In this document: in pieces, positions 28,006-40,805 of the stretch | Numbering within the stretch: position 1 is the stretch's first letter | Layout: the number at the start of each line of letters is the position of its first letter | Origin: Blasia pusilla | Taxonomy: Eukaryota | Direction: 5' to 3' | Assembly (NCBI GenBank): GCA_050084515.1 | Contig: CM114271.1 | Span: 27,776,001 to 27,840,000 of the forward strand | DNA: 64,000 nucleotides | Notes under the pieces: generated by a model | What the model was told of the DNA's origin: nothing | Seen by the model: the letters and a program-made list of their open reading frames with translations, nothing else | Databases searched by the model: none | Position numbers and translations under genes: made by a program

Positions 28006-31000
28006 TCAGGATGTCTTATCTCCGATCCACTGCTGTAGGTCTCCTGGTGGCCCATAGGTCCAATTCAACCCTCGCTGACCGGTATCCTGATAAATGCTGC
28101 TGTCATGAGGTAGCTTCCGGGCAAGTCCATTCAAAATCTGGTGGAAGGCATCCCCTGGCTGTGCAGGCTGAGGATAAAGCATCGCCTGTTTCATCGCAGG
28201 ATTTGCCAAAAGTTTCTGCTTCTCTAAAATTTGCTCTGCAGGGATAGATGTAAGAATAGTGTCCAACAAAGGCACATCCTTCTCATCAACAAAGATTCCG
28301 ATCTTTTCCCAAGGAATAGCATCGGCAAATGGCAAAACTATATCATCTGCAATAATGACTGGTATGCAACCAAATATGACTCCTTCTACGAGGCGAGGAC
28401 TCCAAGGGGCCCAACCAAGCGGGCAGAGACAAAAAATGGACCGTTGCATATCCTCATAGTAAGTGACAGGGTGCTCTGTTGAGATATCAAACATTGGATT
28501 GTCCTTGAAGTTCTCCCAAACAGCTGCCCGTGCACCCCTGCACACATACGAGTTCAAATTGATGAGTTCCTGAAGGGTAGTACTTAGATGAGCACTTTGC
28601 AAATGATGATGGTGAAGAGGAAGGTTGGCTGGAGAGAAAAAAGGAAAAAATGATCGCAAAGACTCTTCCATGGTTGACTTACATACTTCAACCTAGACAA
28701 TATAATAAATTGGAAACTCCAACTAAGACGACTCGGTAACTTACCGTGCATAGTAACCGCCTTCTGGGTCATTGCCTTGGTCATAGAAAAGACCCCGAAA
28801 GTACACAAAAATGGAGCGAGGAATGCTCGGTGGGATAAAGCGGGACTGCATTTTCGACGGAGGGGCGTAAGGAGGTACTACAATCGAGCCTTCCTTCAGA
28901 CATACATGATATCGTTGCCCAAATGTCTGTACGAGTGTTGCCCGGGACAACAGATGCAAGATACCTCTCTCGAGAGCCTTCTCTTCCTGAGTGGACACTT
29001 TACCACAAATCAAAGCAGGAACGACTGGAAGCGTATAGCTCTGCTTCAAAATCAAGAGAAGAAACTAGAATGTAGGCATTGAACTAATCCTGATCTCGCC
29101 ATTCGCCTCAAGAGAATATTGCATACAATTGCCAACGAAGTCTACCCTATTTAGAGACAGTGAACGCTACACAAGATCACATAAGGATAAGAAACCATTG
29201 ATGGCACGGCTCGGCACGGTGAACATTTAGCACAGAACGCAGGAGCCAACATCTGAGTCATTCTCACAACTATTTTCTAAGATCAGAAGACAAAGAGGTG
29301 CTCAAGGTAAATCACATCAAGAGTAGTGGACTAGAAATAGGAAACCTTCTCACCACGATCCGATTCGATTTGCGAAAAAACAAGACCATCTATCACGATT
29401 AGAAGTAGCTGATAGGATCTATCTGGAAAATAAACTTCCCCAGTTCCACAATAAAATGTCCGATTTCCGGATATTCTACATGAAACAGTGTAATTGATGG
29501 CATCGTTTGAGTTATATACCTGGTAATGAAAACAAGCTCCAAAATCATGAGGAACTACAAAAAAATGGTCTGCTCCTTCAGTACGATTCCAGTAAGGCAT
29601 TGTCGTGGATATGTGTGCAATAGCACTCCGCATCATGCGTGGAGACTTGAACGGTAAAGGCAGGCCATTTGGTGTCAAATCACAAGTGGTGTACACTGGG
29701 GTAAAGAACCAATCCGCCTCGTCAGGGTTTAGAGTGCGTACAGGACTCGAAAGTAGAAATCTGTGCAAAAATATTTCTGTTGCAAACATGTGATGGAGGC
29801 ATCGCGAGTCCTTCTGAAGAACTTTAGTATTGTACTTGGCAGGTAAATCGTAGACGAAGACCTTGAGCCTTCCCACGGGATCATCTTCCAGCACATCTCC
29901 TGCACTGCCTGCAAACGTCGTCAACGGCAGAGGGCACTGTAAGATACCCTTCACTCATAACCTCAAGCTCTAATCCCAAAGTTATTTGAAGTTGAGTTAG
30001 AAAAGAGGTTTTGAAAACGTAGGACAGTTTTACATCTGACAACGCTGAATGAAAAGAGCGGTCCAAAGACGAGCTCTGATTTTCGCTCTTCGTGAACATA
30101 CAAAAAGAAACGAAGTGCGTTGCAACTATCAAATAATTAACACATTTGAAATTAGTAGACGACCGCCAGCTTTCGGATACTGCCTGTTGACTGTGAATTC
30201 TTCATCGTCATGCAGCGCTTTCATGAAATACAAATATTCACCTCTTGCAACCGATTAAAATCTAGAAAGTGAGAAGAGCGACGAAATGTGAAGGATCAAG
30301 AGAAATTGTGTGGTATATCAGATTTTCTGAGTCTCAAATCTTGTTATTCAATTCAAGCAAACTGTGAAGGAGTTCCCACTGCAAATATTCTCAGGGGTCT
30401 AAGGACACAAGATTCCAAAAGCTAATTAGCAATTGCCAGGAAGATGAAGAAGCAGCCAGCACGAAAGAAGCTGAGAAGATTCATACCAATCAAAACAGTG
30501 CGTGATCGCTCAATAAAACATGACAGGCTACACAAAGGACTCTGTTCTGCTTTGATAGTGGTCGGTATGAAGCATAACATTAGAACGAGAAAGAGAAAAG
30601 TCGCAGGGATACAACAGTTTGGGACAACATCACGAAAGCAGAAGGTTGCGAAGGAGCCGAAGCCCATGCTTTGTTACGGGCAATTACGTTAAAAGTTCTC
30701 ACTCATGATCTAGCAATATGACCGCAAGTAAGCATCTGGTTTGCGGATCGGGAAAATTACGGCGGAAAGTAAATGAACGATGCACTCGAAAAACCCTAGG
30801 TAGCTCTGATCCCGGATATCGGCACAGGCCTCTACGCGTAGATCGGCCGAAAAGAAAAATTGCTATGACAAAATCCAATCTAATGCCGGAAGGTACACAC
30901 TAGTGTCCAGAAGTAAGTCAGATCAAAATTCCTTCCTACTCTCCATGAAAACTTACATTGCCCGGACAGAATCTTTTTGGACTCTGTACTCGTCAAGCTT

Positions 31001-31286
31001 TACCCTCTCATTTGTACGATACTCAATAGCTTGATTAAAGAAGCCTAGAGCACATCCAACGAAGAGCGGTATGTTCTTCTACTCTCAACATTTTTCCACA
31101 GTCACACTTGAGTGATTCTGACCCATTCTTGGCCTCAAGCCTACCCGAAATGCGTTGGTGTTGTTCGTCTCCTGATGCAGTTGACAAATCCACTAGTAGA
31201 AGAATCAGCAGAATGTGGAGAGACCACACGACGATTCCTCGCCGATTTGAAGCTCCGAAGGGCCTTGGAGATGGACTCAGTTCCAT
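28006..31286 (-). CDS. IRX10: GT47 (exostosin-family) beta-1,4-xylosyltransferase / xylan synthase, IRX10/IRX10L-like; exons 31145-31286, 29520-29908, 28745-28986, 28006-28537; 434 aa
   Basis: RISG|SAGDVLEDDPVGRLKVFVYDLP, PFKSPRMMRSAI, WNRTEGADHFFVVPHDFGACFHYQ|EEKA, GGYYAR|GARAAVWENFKDNP, FCLCPLGWAPWSPRLVE; all introns GT-AG with matching phases; N-terminal signal/anchor. Confidence 0.95.
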
Positions 31287-32980
31287 TCTCCCTCTCAATT
31301 CGACAAAATGAGCGACCAGCTCGTCCATCGGAGGCTAATCGAGAGCTACTTCATACTGTCCTCGCCTTTTGACCGATGTCTCCTACGGTCCTTTCGTCGA
31401 GTACCTCCTTCCGCGTTCTGCATAATTTCGAATCTATTTCACGTCATAGTCTTCTCTCCGTTCCACACACGCCATTGGACGATCCCAATCCTCATCGTCG
31501 TAAATTTTGCGGACATCAAAAGCGACACCTCCACGCTTCCTGTCTCTCTCTTCCCAAGGCAGGTACCAACTCTAAATTCTTTACGCTCCGCTCCTCTCCT
31601 CTCGTCTCGTCTCTTCTCTCTCACACTTGCAGTCAACGACGCCTGCGCTCCGCTGTGCACGCTCCTCCTGTACTTCAACACACTATCTGTCTACATCTTT
31701 TCATTTTCTCACCTCTCCGCTCCTCTCTAGCAGGCGAATCGACCCGTCTCCTTTGCTGCCACCGCCACGTTTCGGATGTGTAGCTGTACTCACTCGATCA
31801 CTCCAACTTCTCTCACATAACAGCACAAACACAAACCCCGTGAACAAATTGCTTAGCATCACCTCTTTTCGCGTTTGTGTCACACCCCTCGGTGTTCTCA
31901 CTCGCTCATTCCGGTCACGCTTACTCTGCAATGCCTCCACGTTTGGCGGTGCTTGCTTGGTCCGCTGTCCTCGCCCGCGAACTCTCCAAAACAATCTCCA
32001 CGCTTCGTTGACTGACACTGGATTCCAACTCTTTACCCGTTGTAACTCCGGTCTACCGACCAACACAGCTAGTTTAACTCCATATTTTCACCGACCTATG
32101 GCCGCCGACTTGATCTCCAAACCGCGCGGCGTGGAAGGCCGTTTCCTGGCTACGCGGACTCAGCTCAGATACCCTGCGCCACGTGGGACCAACAGGAGCT
32201 CCCGAGGACGCGCCGCAGGCTCTCCTTCCACTCCTCGCACAGCCTCTCATAAGCGCGGCGGGCTTAGGGTACCACCAGATTACTGAGGAGGTGAAAAGGG
32301 GTGAAACGCACAACAGGGATCAAAATATGGATAAGTGAGACGTCACTAGGAACACACCGGTGGGTCAGCTAAAAAGAAGAGAATATTCGTCTCTAAACTA
32401 CGCCCCTCCCGTTCGTCAGATCTGGAGTGATGGTCTTATACGGCAGCACAAGTAGCGCAGAGCGCTGGTAATTCTCATCACGTCCCAGTAAAACTTCTGG
32501 TAAAAAGATCCTTCATTCCACATGAGACATACGTGTATGTGTGATTCCCGAGAGAATATGATCATGCTTTAGCGATGGAGCACATTTGGTACACTACAAA
32601 CCCGATTTCAAGTTCGGTCACCCTGCTTTGTCACGCCACACCCAGAGTTGCAGCTTAGTGGATGAAGCCCTACTGCTACTCCAAACTTGTGGCAAGTTTC
32701 TGAGTGCCCTTGTGAAATCCGTTCGAGGGATAGAGATACCACACGAAACCTCGTCGCAAAAGCGGCGCAATTTCGATATCCTGGTTATTTGGTCAGCTTC
32801 GGTGTTCACGCGATGCCCCACCGTCACAGCTTACAGACCCACAGTTAAGGTTCTATGTTATACTTCTTTCGGCTCAGCCGTCAGCTAGCAGTGAAATTTT
32901 TTAAGAGAAATAAAATTGAATTTTTTTAATCTATACTATAATGTGAGGAAGGGGGGGTTACTTCTTTTGGTAACTCCCCG

Positions 32981-33032
32981 TTCCCAAAGAAGTGAAGCTC
33001 CTCCACAAGGAGGAGCTTCACTTCTTTGGGAA
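32981..33032. repeat. Perfect 24-bp inverted repeat with 4-nt loop near the Helitron 5' end
   Basis: ttcccaaagaagtgaagctcctcc-acaa-ggaggagcttcacttctttgggaa. Confidence 0.95.
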
Positions 33033-33793
33033 ATGTCTAAAATGTCTTTGTCTAAAATGTCTAAAATTTGACTGAAATTTTATTTAGACGGCCATCTACT
33101 TGAGTGAGGTGAGAAGCCACGTTATTTTTGAACGAGCTACACGGCCTCTATTTACACAAGTGTGCATATGGTATTGGTTAGAGGCTTATGAGGTGGTCAT
33201 CAACACAAAATCTTCCGAGGCTTCGGCTCTCACAAGTGTGCACATGGTACTGGTTCCAGGCTTGTGAGGCCCTCAACCGCACAATTGGTACCATAGTTAC
33301 TGTAGTAAAAAAAGTATAATTGTGGAAAGTTACAGGAGATCTGGGAGAAAGTTGGAGTTGGAGCGCAAGTTGGAGCGAAGGGCAAGTTGGAGTCGTGGGT
33401 GGAAGGAAGGTGTGGTTGTATGAACGAAGGCTCGATCCGAAAAGCCATGTTCCGATCGAAAGGGGAGATTTGTGTTCCAATGTGAAGGTGAGCTTTTTGT
33501 TCCCATCCGATTCGAAAGTAAGCCCTGTTTCTGGTCCGAAGGTTAGATTTGTATTCTGATTTGTATCCTTTCGAAATGCTCTGGATTCGTGCACTGAACG
33601 AGTTGCAACCAGTCCGGATCCGAATTGCGTCATGGCTCGAAAATCGTTGAGATGCTGACGAAAGTGTTTCGATCAGTAAAACACACGGGCTGACTCAGTG
33701 TGGAGAGTGTCTCCAAAATGAAAAAGCGAGAATTGTCGCTTTTTGCCATTGTTGCCCATCAGTTGCACCTAAGCAGAGTGCGCACTTGCTCAG

Positions 33794-34641
33794 GTGCCTG
33801 GAGAACCCGGTTGGCGTTTCGTGAAGCTGCTATCGGTGGATCCTAGCAATTATGACGATGCACCTCGTGAGGGGATCAGGAGAATTCTTGAGGAGGTGCG
33901 TATACGAAGTTGCGCCAATGCCCAGAATTCATAATCGTGGGGCCCTCGAATGTAGGCGAACAGTGCTGTGTCTGATTTAGGGCCTGTGCAAATGCTGTTA
34001 GTCGATGGATTCGAGCGCAGTGTGGGACATTTCAGTCCAGCTAGAAGAGGGCGATGCGAATCTCACTCAGTGGGAGTCTGCGTGGTGCATGGGTGAATAA
34101 GGTTACAGGGCAAAAGATATCAAGATCGCAGAAGATTCCTACCGAAAGATTAGACTGGATACGAATGGGTTCTGAAAAGACTTTCCTTTTCCCAAACTAG
34201 AGCGAGCTCAGTCCTGCATAGTGACTTTCTTTGTGTTTGGAACAATAGAGCCCTGCTTCAACTTCACTTTCCAGCAATCAGTTTCTGGTTCCTTCCCTTC
34301 CAGTTGTCATAGTAGAAGGCTGTAATGCCTTTCAAAGTTGTTTGCCCGAGTGCGGTTGCTATGCACACATTCTGCGACTTTTGTAAGTAATTTGAGTCAT
34401 GAAGGTCTACAAAGTGTCCGGAAGACACTTAGAATTGCGGAGACAGGTTTCGAACCGAAACACTGGTTTCATGAAAGCTTCTCGTAGTTAGAATCTTTGG
34501 CTTCCTTCGTTTTTTATCCGTGGGTTTTGAGTTATGGCAATTAAGAATTCAAGTTTTCACTTTTCATCCTCAGGTACTACGGTTGCAACGAATGCTTTGT
34601 TGGAGAGAAAGGGCGAACGGACAGCATTGTGTGTCACCAAG
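33794..34641 (+). pseudogene. OXP1: Captured 5-oxoprolinase fragment; exons 33794-33895, 34102-34168, 34574-34641
   Basis: Spliced translation [83 protein letters not shown] sites and phases intact; no start exon or downstream exons recognised. Confidence 0.88.
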
Positions 34642-37600
34642 GTTTTTTTTCCCTTCCCTGCTGATATTCAAGGCTTGCAATCTAGAGGGGAAGACTCGTA
34701 CAGAAGAATCAGAGACCTGTAATAGACAACAAATTACCAGACACACTGATATTTTCGTCAAGAGGAAAAGCACTCCATTAACGGAAATAGTACCTATTGA
34801 GCCAGATCAACAGATAGCTCTCCAAGAAAAAAATTGCTCTTGGCTATGGCAGCGTGATGATCTTCTCATGAAGGGTAGTCCTGCAGAGAGGGTTTAGGGT
34901 CCTGTAGTGACCAACCTCAACTTGCGCACTACAGAGTCGCACAGAGAAGAATTTGACACCTTGGCTAAAACATGTTGAGGCAAGTGTGCGCCCTGAAAAA
35001 ATCCCACCGCCTCTGCACCACTGATCTTGCCATCTTTATCGATATCCGCTCTTCAAAAATAATCCTCAAAAGTACTGAGATTTGCTATTTCAAAAGTACA
35101 TGGAACGATGGCCGGTACCGCAAGCAATGACAACAGGTCAATCGATTAGCCTATACGATCCCCTCGATGAGACAGCAATCTGACTACAATTGTTGTTCCT
35201 TGATATCCAAAGACCCCCTTTCCACCGAAACGACCGCACGTTCGCACAAACCAATCACACGCAAGAAGGAAAACGCCATGATTGATTGAACTCGCTCGGA
35301 TTCGCGCAGAGTTCCCGTCCGCCAGACTCCGCCTAGAGCAGACCAGGATCGCTACCGGGACCTTGGACCGTTAACTTTCTCGCCACGTTCTTCTCTTCTC
35401 TATGCGCACCAATGCAACATTTCCATCCATCAATGCGGACTACATCTACGCTCCGAACGCGTATGTAGGGAGCCTTCGCACCTGCCGGTCAGGCTACCGG
35501 CAGGGGTTGGAGTTGGGCTAGGCAACGCGAATTTTTTTTGAAACTTCATTCGTTTTGGGATTGGCAAATGAGAGCGACCAGAGCGATTCAGGGATCATTT
35601 TCGAGTCTGAAATTTTACAATCAGAAATTCTCTCACACCACAAAATTTCATGGCCATTGTGAACTTCAAAGCGCAATACGAAGGCAGATATTTATGGTGA
35701 TTAATCTAAATTGACGTCTTCATGGCATATGTTATACAACAGAGGGTCCTGTGTCATCCGAAAAATCAAGAGATTCTTGTTGTGTGATTAGAATGTGGAT
35801 AAACACAATTTTATTGAATAGGTCATTGTTATGAATCGGAATTTTGGGCCGAAAACAACAAGGCATGTGGAGTATCACTTCGCAAGGTTACGTCTCCAAC
35901 GCAACTTGGAATTTCTGGCCATGAAGCTTCCCAAATAGCCTATTTAGTACCCGACATATGCTCCCTGTGGGTGTGTGTTTTAGGGCAAGTTCATTGTCCG
36001 CACCATATGTCTTGAATATGTAGGTATGCCGTGCATCGCCATCTATCTCTATAATCAGACCTCCATCCAAACTATGCACCGTAACCATCTTTTATCCTTG
36101 CTAATTTGGCGCCCGTGCATCGCACGGGCATTCTTACTAGTATTTTTAAAAGATGCAAAAGAAGATCATAAAAAAGTAAGAATGTACATAGAATTATGCA
36201 AACATAAATTTTATTTTGAAACTGAATTTACCTTTCCAATGTTTTGGTCTAAACTCTACAGAAAAGGAAAAAATTTTAAATTTTAAATTCGATGGATTTT
36301 ATTTATAAGCCTAATACCCCCATATTTTTTCAAATACATATTAAAAATATATATGAAAAATATTTAAATATAGTCTTTTCTTCAAGGTTTAAAATTAAAA
36401 TTCAGAAAACCCTCCTTCCCCCTCCCGTAATAAGGGAGATCCAGGGTTACCCAATTAGAGCCTGTTAAAATCAGAAGTACCCGTCGGGTTTAAGACTAAT
36501 AGAAAAATATTGAGAGGAAATGGCTGTCTGAAAGTCCGAGTTTTACCATTCCCGATTGTAAAATACTGGTAAGAACCCGTGGGAAGTTTAATAAAGTCAA
36601 GTTTGAATGTGAACCAAATTAGCACGACCACAAACAATATGCCCCAATAAGCATGATCCAAAAATATTTTTGAGAGCGATCTATTGACATTTTTCTAGCT
36701 AACAAATTAAAATAAAACTAGATTTTAGATGTGCTAAACCATTAAAATTACAATTATATAAAATACTGGAAATATACCTTTGGAAAAAATCCTCCTTAAC
36801 CATCCCTCACCGCCCTTTCTGATCATGGGCATTTGAAAATTCGAAACTATAGAGGAATCGCTCCGTTATTGATATCCCCGTATTCTTTTATTTCCATGCT
36901 ATGAGTGCAAGGGATCAGCAGTGTAAGCGGATGGAAGGAGCACTCGACTTTGGTCAGAAACCAGGGGCGCACTCTCTAATCGTGTATCCACGAGAATTCG
37001 AAAGGGTGGTTCCAGGCCTACGGCTAGGGTCACTTGTGGAGAGCCCTGCGAATGACTATTAGTTCATAATATCTTTTCAAAAATTGATGTAAGTGTAATC
37101 ATTACATTTTCCCTGATTGATGCCAGTGGCAGTGCCGGTGCCGGCGACACTCGAGAATATGGTTTCTGGTAGACATTCGAGCCTGGCTCCATTGGCAGAC
37201 TCACGATTCGTTAGACACAGACGCGGAGCGCAGAGAGAGTGGGGAGAGAGAGACATGGCAATCAGTCACCCAACAACCCGAGACACCGCTAACCCGCAAA
37301 CAGCGTGCATGGAAATCCCTCTACGAATTGAAATCCTTCCCTCAACAGTTTCTAATAAAAGAGTCAGTTACTCACCATTGGACCCCTACTATTCAGCACC
37401 AGAAAAAGCCATGAGGCGCGGCAACCGCTACACGTTGCAAAAAAAATTTTAAGCAATCGATGATAAAGGCATTACACATCATTATCCTCAATCGTAATTT
37501 CGCTTATGCAAGCATGCGTTTGTGACTGGATGAGCAAGACAGATCATATGCCTCTCTATTGTATGGAGGCATTTATAATACTGCAGTTTCACTGTTCACG

Positions 37601-38648
37601 GAAAATTAACATTATAAGTTGTAACATTCTGGTCCTTTGATTCAACGTGCATACCAACACTCTGTCCAGAACTGATGCATAGGGCAGGATTATCCATATA
37701 AGTAGGGTTTCCCCTGGTGTCCGTAAATAAAAGATTGGTTGAAGAGGCCTTCTCTCACCAATAATTGGTATTCATGGACGAGAAAGAAATCTAAGAATGT
37801 AGTTTGTGCTTTTGGTTTGGCAGAGTAAAAGCAGAGAGTGAAGAAAATGTGGAATGACATTTTGTGATGAAGGTTAGAGCAGTCAGCGAACGCAAAGAGG
37901 TCGTCCATGGACAATGGCTTCCACTCTTGCTGAGAGTCTGAGGAGGGACTTAATCGGGATGGCTACAAATTCCACGACCGTAAGGTACTCTTCTCGACTC
38001 CTAATGCCAGGAACAATTTCTTGTTTGCTTTTATAGACGTCACGGATTTCCTCCATTGGACGATGCCTACAGACACTGTAAAGTTCACGCTAATTTCCAC
38101 GCGGAGAAGAGAGAGGGAACGATCCGGATTATGTGGCAACGTCATTTTTGGTTATAAATGCGACTATTGGACTGGATCTAAGCCTACATATGTCGGTGCC
38201 CATTTGATTAGGGACTCTCGTATGTACGGAATCGTGCAGGCAGGGTCTGGACTCCTGAGTCCAGAGCCTGCCTGCTCAGGACTCAGGAGTTTGGAAACTT
38301 TGGATCCCTTAGATCCGTGATTCGAAAATCATTAAGAGCAGTTCACCTAGTGAACGGCGGTGTAAACGAACACATCTGTCGGGTTGAAGAAAAGAGACTG
38401 CACAGATGAATGTGATCAACGTGCTGAGAGCGTCACACGGAGCTGCATTCACTGTGAGGAGGAATCAATGGGATGGCATTGAGATCTAGCTCATGATTTC
38501 CTTAGCTATCTGTCGTTGCCGAGGCATGGGTACAAGGACGTGGTGGGTTGGGCGGGGTAAGGTGAGGTGAGGTGAGGTGTGGTCACTGTGGTCTGGGACA
38601 GTAGAACGGGCAGGAAAAGATCCCAATCGCTTGACTGTCTCGTGCATC

Positions 38649-40805
38649 TCAGTCAATGAAGCTGGTCCTCTGAGCCACAATCAGGTAGAAATCCCTGTCA
38701 GATGTAACAATGATTTCATTCGTCCTCGTTCGAATACGTAAGAGGAGCAACTCATCCTGCCGACATCAATCAACATGACGATGGGTAGTCAAGCGAAGAG
38801 GAGCCCAGAAAGTTTTTTGTACCCAGCAATCATAAATAAAACAATCATTGGGACGTTCCATGTTCGAAGCTCTACTTGTGAGAGACCCAGTTGAGCTGTT
38901 TCTTTAGGATTTTTTTTCCATTTGTAAAGGTCACATCACAGTTTGAAATACGGAGAGTTGCCTCACATATACTTATGTTCATTGAAGTCGCTTGGGAATC
39001 CAACAGCTCCAACTAAACCATTCACGATGAGATCTCCTTACCTTGGGATCATGAGATTTCGTTATTGTCCTCGCTCGGTGGGCCAGGGGCGTAATGAATG
39101 CAGCATACTGCACCGGATTATACCAGGTAGGAACAGAGCCCTAGCAGTGTGTTAGAGGCCTCGGATTTCGAAAGAAAAAAAGATCCTACGATTGGGACAC
39201 ATTCCGTGCAATATTAGAGATAATTTAACGTAGACTCGTAAGAAAAGAAATGGTAGTCTTCAAATTTGAGATGCCATATTATTTTCTCCTTTCAAACTAC
39301 ATCCATCTTTTGCAATAAGAAATCAGTACTCTTTCGATAGCAATCTAAGTGCTTAAATAACATGAGGAAAATGGATTAGAAAAACTGTCTCCTCACCTTT
39401 ATACCCATGGAAAGAACTCTTCCCCCAAAATAGCTGAAAATTGAGAACAACCGCATATTAATTATTATGTAATTATTGATTTATGAATGTATTACTTTGC
39501 CCAAAACTGCAAATGAAAGGGGTTATCCTAACCAGTAATTCTTAAACCATGGATTTGTTGCCAATCTCATCGATATCTCATCACAAAATTATGTCCAAAC
39601 AACCCGTTCACTCTCTAAGCGGTTAACATTGTTTGTGTAGATTGACGAGCCCTCATATCCCACACTACAGAATTTGGGATTTTGAAAAGAGGCGGCGTTT
39701 GATTGCTTTTGGAGTCGTTCAGCAGTTTCTTCGCCAAACGTAGCTAGTGCTAGTCGCACAGGTGCCGGGCGGGGCGTTGCTCAAGAAGGAGTGTAGTACG
39801 ACAACTGAAGCCCATAGACATTTTCTTTCCTCCGGAGTGGACGTACGCACGCACCTGGAGTGTGGTGTCGTCGTCGAGTGTACTCTTGAGAGGAATACCA
39901 TCACCGTTGCAAATCATTGTCCCTACGATACCTGGAAATCACTAAAACCACAGACAATCCATGTTATAGATTCTCTACGTGTAGTTTTAACTAACCGAGT
40001 TGTTTCAGTGCGCGCGCGTGAGGGAGGATCAACAACGAATTTATGTGGCTGTCCAAGCTTCTCCAGGCTAGGACCTAGGGTGAGTGTTTTGACTTTCACG
40101 GGTCCAGAGTTGTCTATAAACCTAGCTAAAACGACACCACAGTCTCCGCGCCCTGCCCTGGACGGTGGTCGTGACTCGTGACTAGGGCGCTCGATAGGGA
40201 AAGCGTAATAAGCGTTAAAGAATGTGCTGTCGAGGACTCGAAGGTAGGAAGACTCCTATGTACTGCTTATGAAGACTCCTAGAATGTACCGCTTGTCATG
40301 CGGGACGGGAACTGTGTGATGGAGAGAGAATAGAGAGAGACGGATCGACGCTCCCATCCCTAGCTTCCTGGTTCTTGGAGGCAGGTAATGTGCCTCTTTC
40401 TGCATTTCCTTTCACACAGTCCAGAGTGGATTCTAGTCTTTATTGTCTTCCAAACGATACAAATTCTTTCAAGTGTCAGCATCATTTCGTGGAATAGTGC
40501 CGATAACTTGGGTTGTGTCTCGAGCTCTTCCTGTCATACGATTAAATGCGATATCAGAGCAACGTTGATCCAGAGCTAGGCTTGGCTGCGTATATTCTGT
40601 GTAGAAGGAGCTGGTAGATGTTTGCAAACCTCTGTGAGATCCAATCCGTTTGATAGCTTCTTCCATTTCAGACTGCAAACACAGGAACAAATGGTCAATC
40701 ATTTGAACCTAGAGTAAAATCCGCCTTCCCGTCATTTTTACGAAGAATAGCAGTTTGTAGGGACTGAAACATTGATATTCACTCCAGTAGCCTGAGACGC
40801 ACCAT
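38649..40805 (-). CDS. DYNLRB: Dynein light chain roadblock/LC7; exons 40803-40805 (ATG, tentative), 40630-40672, 39855-39931, 39042-39107, 38649-38756; 98 aa
   Basis: Spliced M|SEMEEAIKRIGSHRG|IVGTMICNGDGIPLKSTLDDDTTLQ|YAAFITPLAHRARTITKSHDPK|DELLLLRIRTRTNEIIVTSDRDFYLIVAQRTSFID*; GT-AG introns in phase; fits the roadblock pattern (EVEETLKRI.SHKGV.G....GIPI.TTLD...LRIRS...EI). Confidence 0.88.

Larger units (their letters stand above)
32930..36140 (+). mobile_element. Non-autonomous Helitron (3211 bp) with captured gene fragment
   Basis: 5' a|TCTATACTATA at 32930; 3' hairpin gcccgtgc-atc-gcacgggc (36111-36129) then CTAG|t (36137-36140); inserted between A and T in AT-rich DNA with no TSD. Confidence 0.85.

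Noticed and set aside
31308-32313. Long overlapping ORFs (up to 219 aa) upstream of IRX10
   Set aside because: Low-complexity CT/GC-rich promoter or UTR sequence; translations are not protein-like
36900-38150. Possible short exons (MEPGSNVYQKP... on minus; an intron-like gtaagg...ttttatag on plus at ~37980-38036)
   Set aside because: Could not assemble a coherent reading frame or recognise a family
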